Source: the human T2T-CHM13v2.0 reference genome, Homo sapiens
Direction: 5' to 3' (one strand)
Assembly: GCF_009914755.1 (NCBI RefSeq)
Contig: NC_060936.1
DNA length: 64,000 bases
Part shown: positions 61,691 to 64,000 of the stretch, piece by piece
How the letters are laid out: each line of letters opens with the position of its first letter
Position numbering within the stretch: position 1 is the stretch's first letter
Position numbers and translations under genes: made by a program
Notes under the pieces: model-generated
The model's input: only the letters and a program-made list of their open reading frames with translations
Databases searched by the model: none
Told to the model about the DNA's origin: nothing

Positions 61691-64000
61691 CTTGGTCAGT
61701 GTTAGTTGAATTTGAATTTGACTGAGAACATAGAAGCATCTTCACCCCATGCACAAAAAGCTGCTGAGCACTGTGGGGCACAAAGCTAACATGTTGAAAA
61801 TAACTTGACCAGGGATAACTTTGTCCTAGTAATTCCTAATAGAATTTCAGTGGTTGAATACTGTCAAACACTCAGTTCATCACACTTGACATTCTTACTT
61901 GTCAGTCTGGAATCTGAAAATACTGGTGAGGGCATGACAATGTAGGAGCCAAAGGCTGAAAAGTCTCTAAAAGGTCAAGTTCAACTATTTCATTTAGTAT
62001 GAGCAAAATATAGTACAGTCCTAACATAACTTTTCCAAGATGATACAGTTTTTGTACTTCTCAGGGTACTGGGAATCATATTCATCATGGATCTGGGACT
62101 ATTTTCATGGCATGCAATGAGTGACAATCGTGTAGACAGCATTTTGATAGCCAGATGAGCTAATTAAGCACAGATGGGAGAGAAGGCCCATGAGGTTTTG
62201 GCAGGGATTGGTTCAGTGAAACTAGATTTTTTATTTTTTAGTAACTACTGATTAATGGAACTATAAATTCTATATTTTAAACTGAGATCATAGTATAAAT
62301 TCATAGTGAAGACAATTGTACAAAATGCAATTGTAACATTCAGAAGCATTTTGAATATTAAATTTTACAAATTAATTTTTGTATTTTACACCCATGTTTC
62401 CTAAGACAATGCCATGTGTTCATAGTTGTGTAAAGCACCTTTATAAAATGAGGAATTTGGAATCTAGTTCAAGATAAGAAGTCAGAATTGCTAGTGGGAT
62501 TTGGATTTGGATTTCTTTCTAGGAAAATTATGTACTTTAATTGTGATCATTAAGCCACCCCTAATAGCTCTTGGCTCTACTATTGCAAAATATTTTTTTC
62601 TTCTGTTTTAGCATTTAACTTATCAGCTAAGCTGTGCTGTTACCAGAGGTGGGGAGAATGAACACGTTACTGGAGTAACAAGAATAGTTTCTTTAAATAT
62701 TAAACTCCTTTTTAATGAGTTGTGTACACATGACAATTTCTGCCCAAGAAACTGCAATCCACTATATTTTCATGGTATTTATCTTAGAGTGAAATGTTTT
62801 CTTTGAGTTCATTTTAATCTCTTTCCAGTATTTCTATTTTTGTGTCAGGATATTGATGTCCATTAACTAGTGAGGTGCATCAGCCGTACAAATATGATAG
62901 AGATATTCCCAAAGGCAGAACCCTGATTTTTTTTTTTTCGGATGTAAAGATGACAATCAGTTCTTGGGAAAAACCAGCTATTAACTACCTGCTGAGTTTA
63001 TTTGCACATGTCCTTCTCTGTTACATTCAGGCATCTAAAAATTAATTTGTTGCTAGATTACTTTTGTATGTATGATTATATTGAATAATGTGAAATTTTG
63101 ACAAAAAAGAGGGCTCTTTTAAAGCATTATTTTAGATCACTCAGTCTCTAATCTTTTCTGGGGTTCTTTTGCATGTAAAGTGTCTTTTTATTAAGTTATG
63201 GAAATTGGAACCCATCTCCTGGTTTCTAAAAACAATTATTATTTTTGTCTGTGCACCAGAGGTGTTTATGCTTTCTCCTTTTTCTATTATAATGCCTTTT
63301 CTTATTATATTATTGAATGTTCTACTGTCTGCCTGAAAATATCTGTTTTTCAGATCTTGCTTTTGTTTTTGTATTCTTTCATTTTCTCAGGTGCTTATGC
63401 TTTAATGAGGCTCCTCTTAATTTGTGCTGCCTCAGTTAAAAGCCTTTTGCTGCTTACCTCTTTGAGAATGGCTCCTTCACTAAAGGTAATATATGGTAGA
63501 TTAACATATGTATTTTGACCTCATCATGAATATCTTGATCTTTCAACTTTTCAAATATGTACATCATTTACAATTTCATATTATAAAACATCTTTTAGAA
63601 AGTGCTGAAGGTTGGCATATGTATTGAATGGCAATTGAGAATTTTTTTCATCTGCCCAATCTTGTATTTGGCCAGACTAAGAGGCAAGCTCTTTTGCGTT
63701 TGACATTTCAGACTATGAAAGCCATTTTTTCTTTTTAGTGTGAATAATAATAGTGCCTCTGGCAGAATTAAAGGAGGAATATGACTGAAATGTCTGCCTT
63801 TTGATTTTGTTATTTCTTGCCATTACCTTTAAATAGGCACTCACCCCTTCATTACTTAACTATTGAAACAAATTTCTCAATAATTATTCTGCTTTTTGTC
63901 TATTCAGACGCAGATGATTCCATATACTGCTATTAAGTTAATTATCTTAAAACACTCTTTTGTACAAGCTATTCCTCTGGTCGAGTTTTCATTGATTCCA

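Overview
Repeat-dense, AT-rich catarrhine primate genomic DNA, most likely human (AluY, AluS/J, L1PA5, L1PA7, THE1D and LTR10A are present). It looks intergenic or intronic. I found no intact protein-coding gene, CpG island or functional RNA gene; all long ORFs come from L1, Alu or low-complexity DNA. The most unusual features are: (1) a ~235-bp orphan piece of the D4Z4 macrosatellite (region upstream of the DUX4 ORF) inserted at the centre of a TAAAGATCTTTA palindrome with GATC at both junctions; (2) a fossil duplication-inversion-templated-insertion rearrangement at 34.9-37.3 kb; (3) an old U6/L1 chimeric retrocopy; (4) a 5S rRNA pseudogene split by a THE1D LTR; (5) a head-to-head Alu half/half chimera; (6) a template-switch hairpin; (7) a tentative series of minus-strand splice-bounded segments, including micro-exons. 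Repeat family names come from my recall of consensus sequences, not from a RepeatMasker run.
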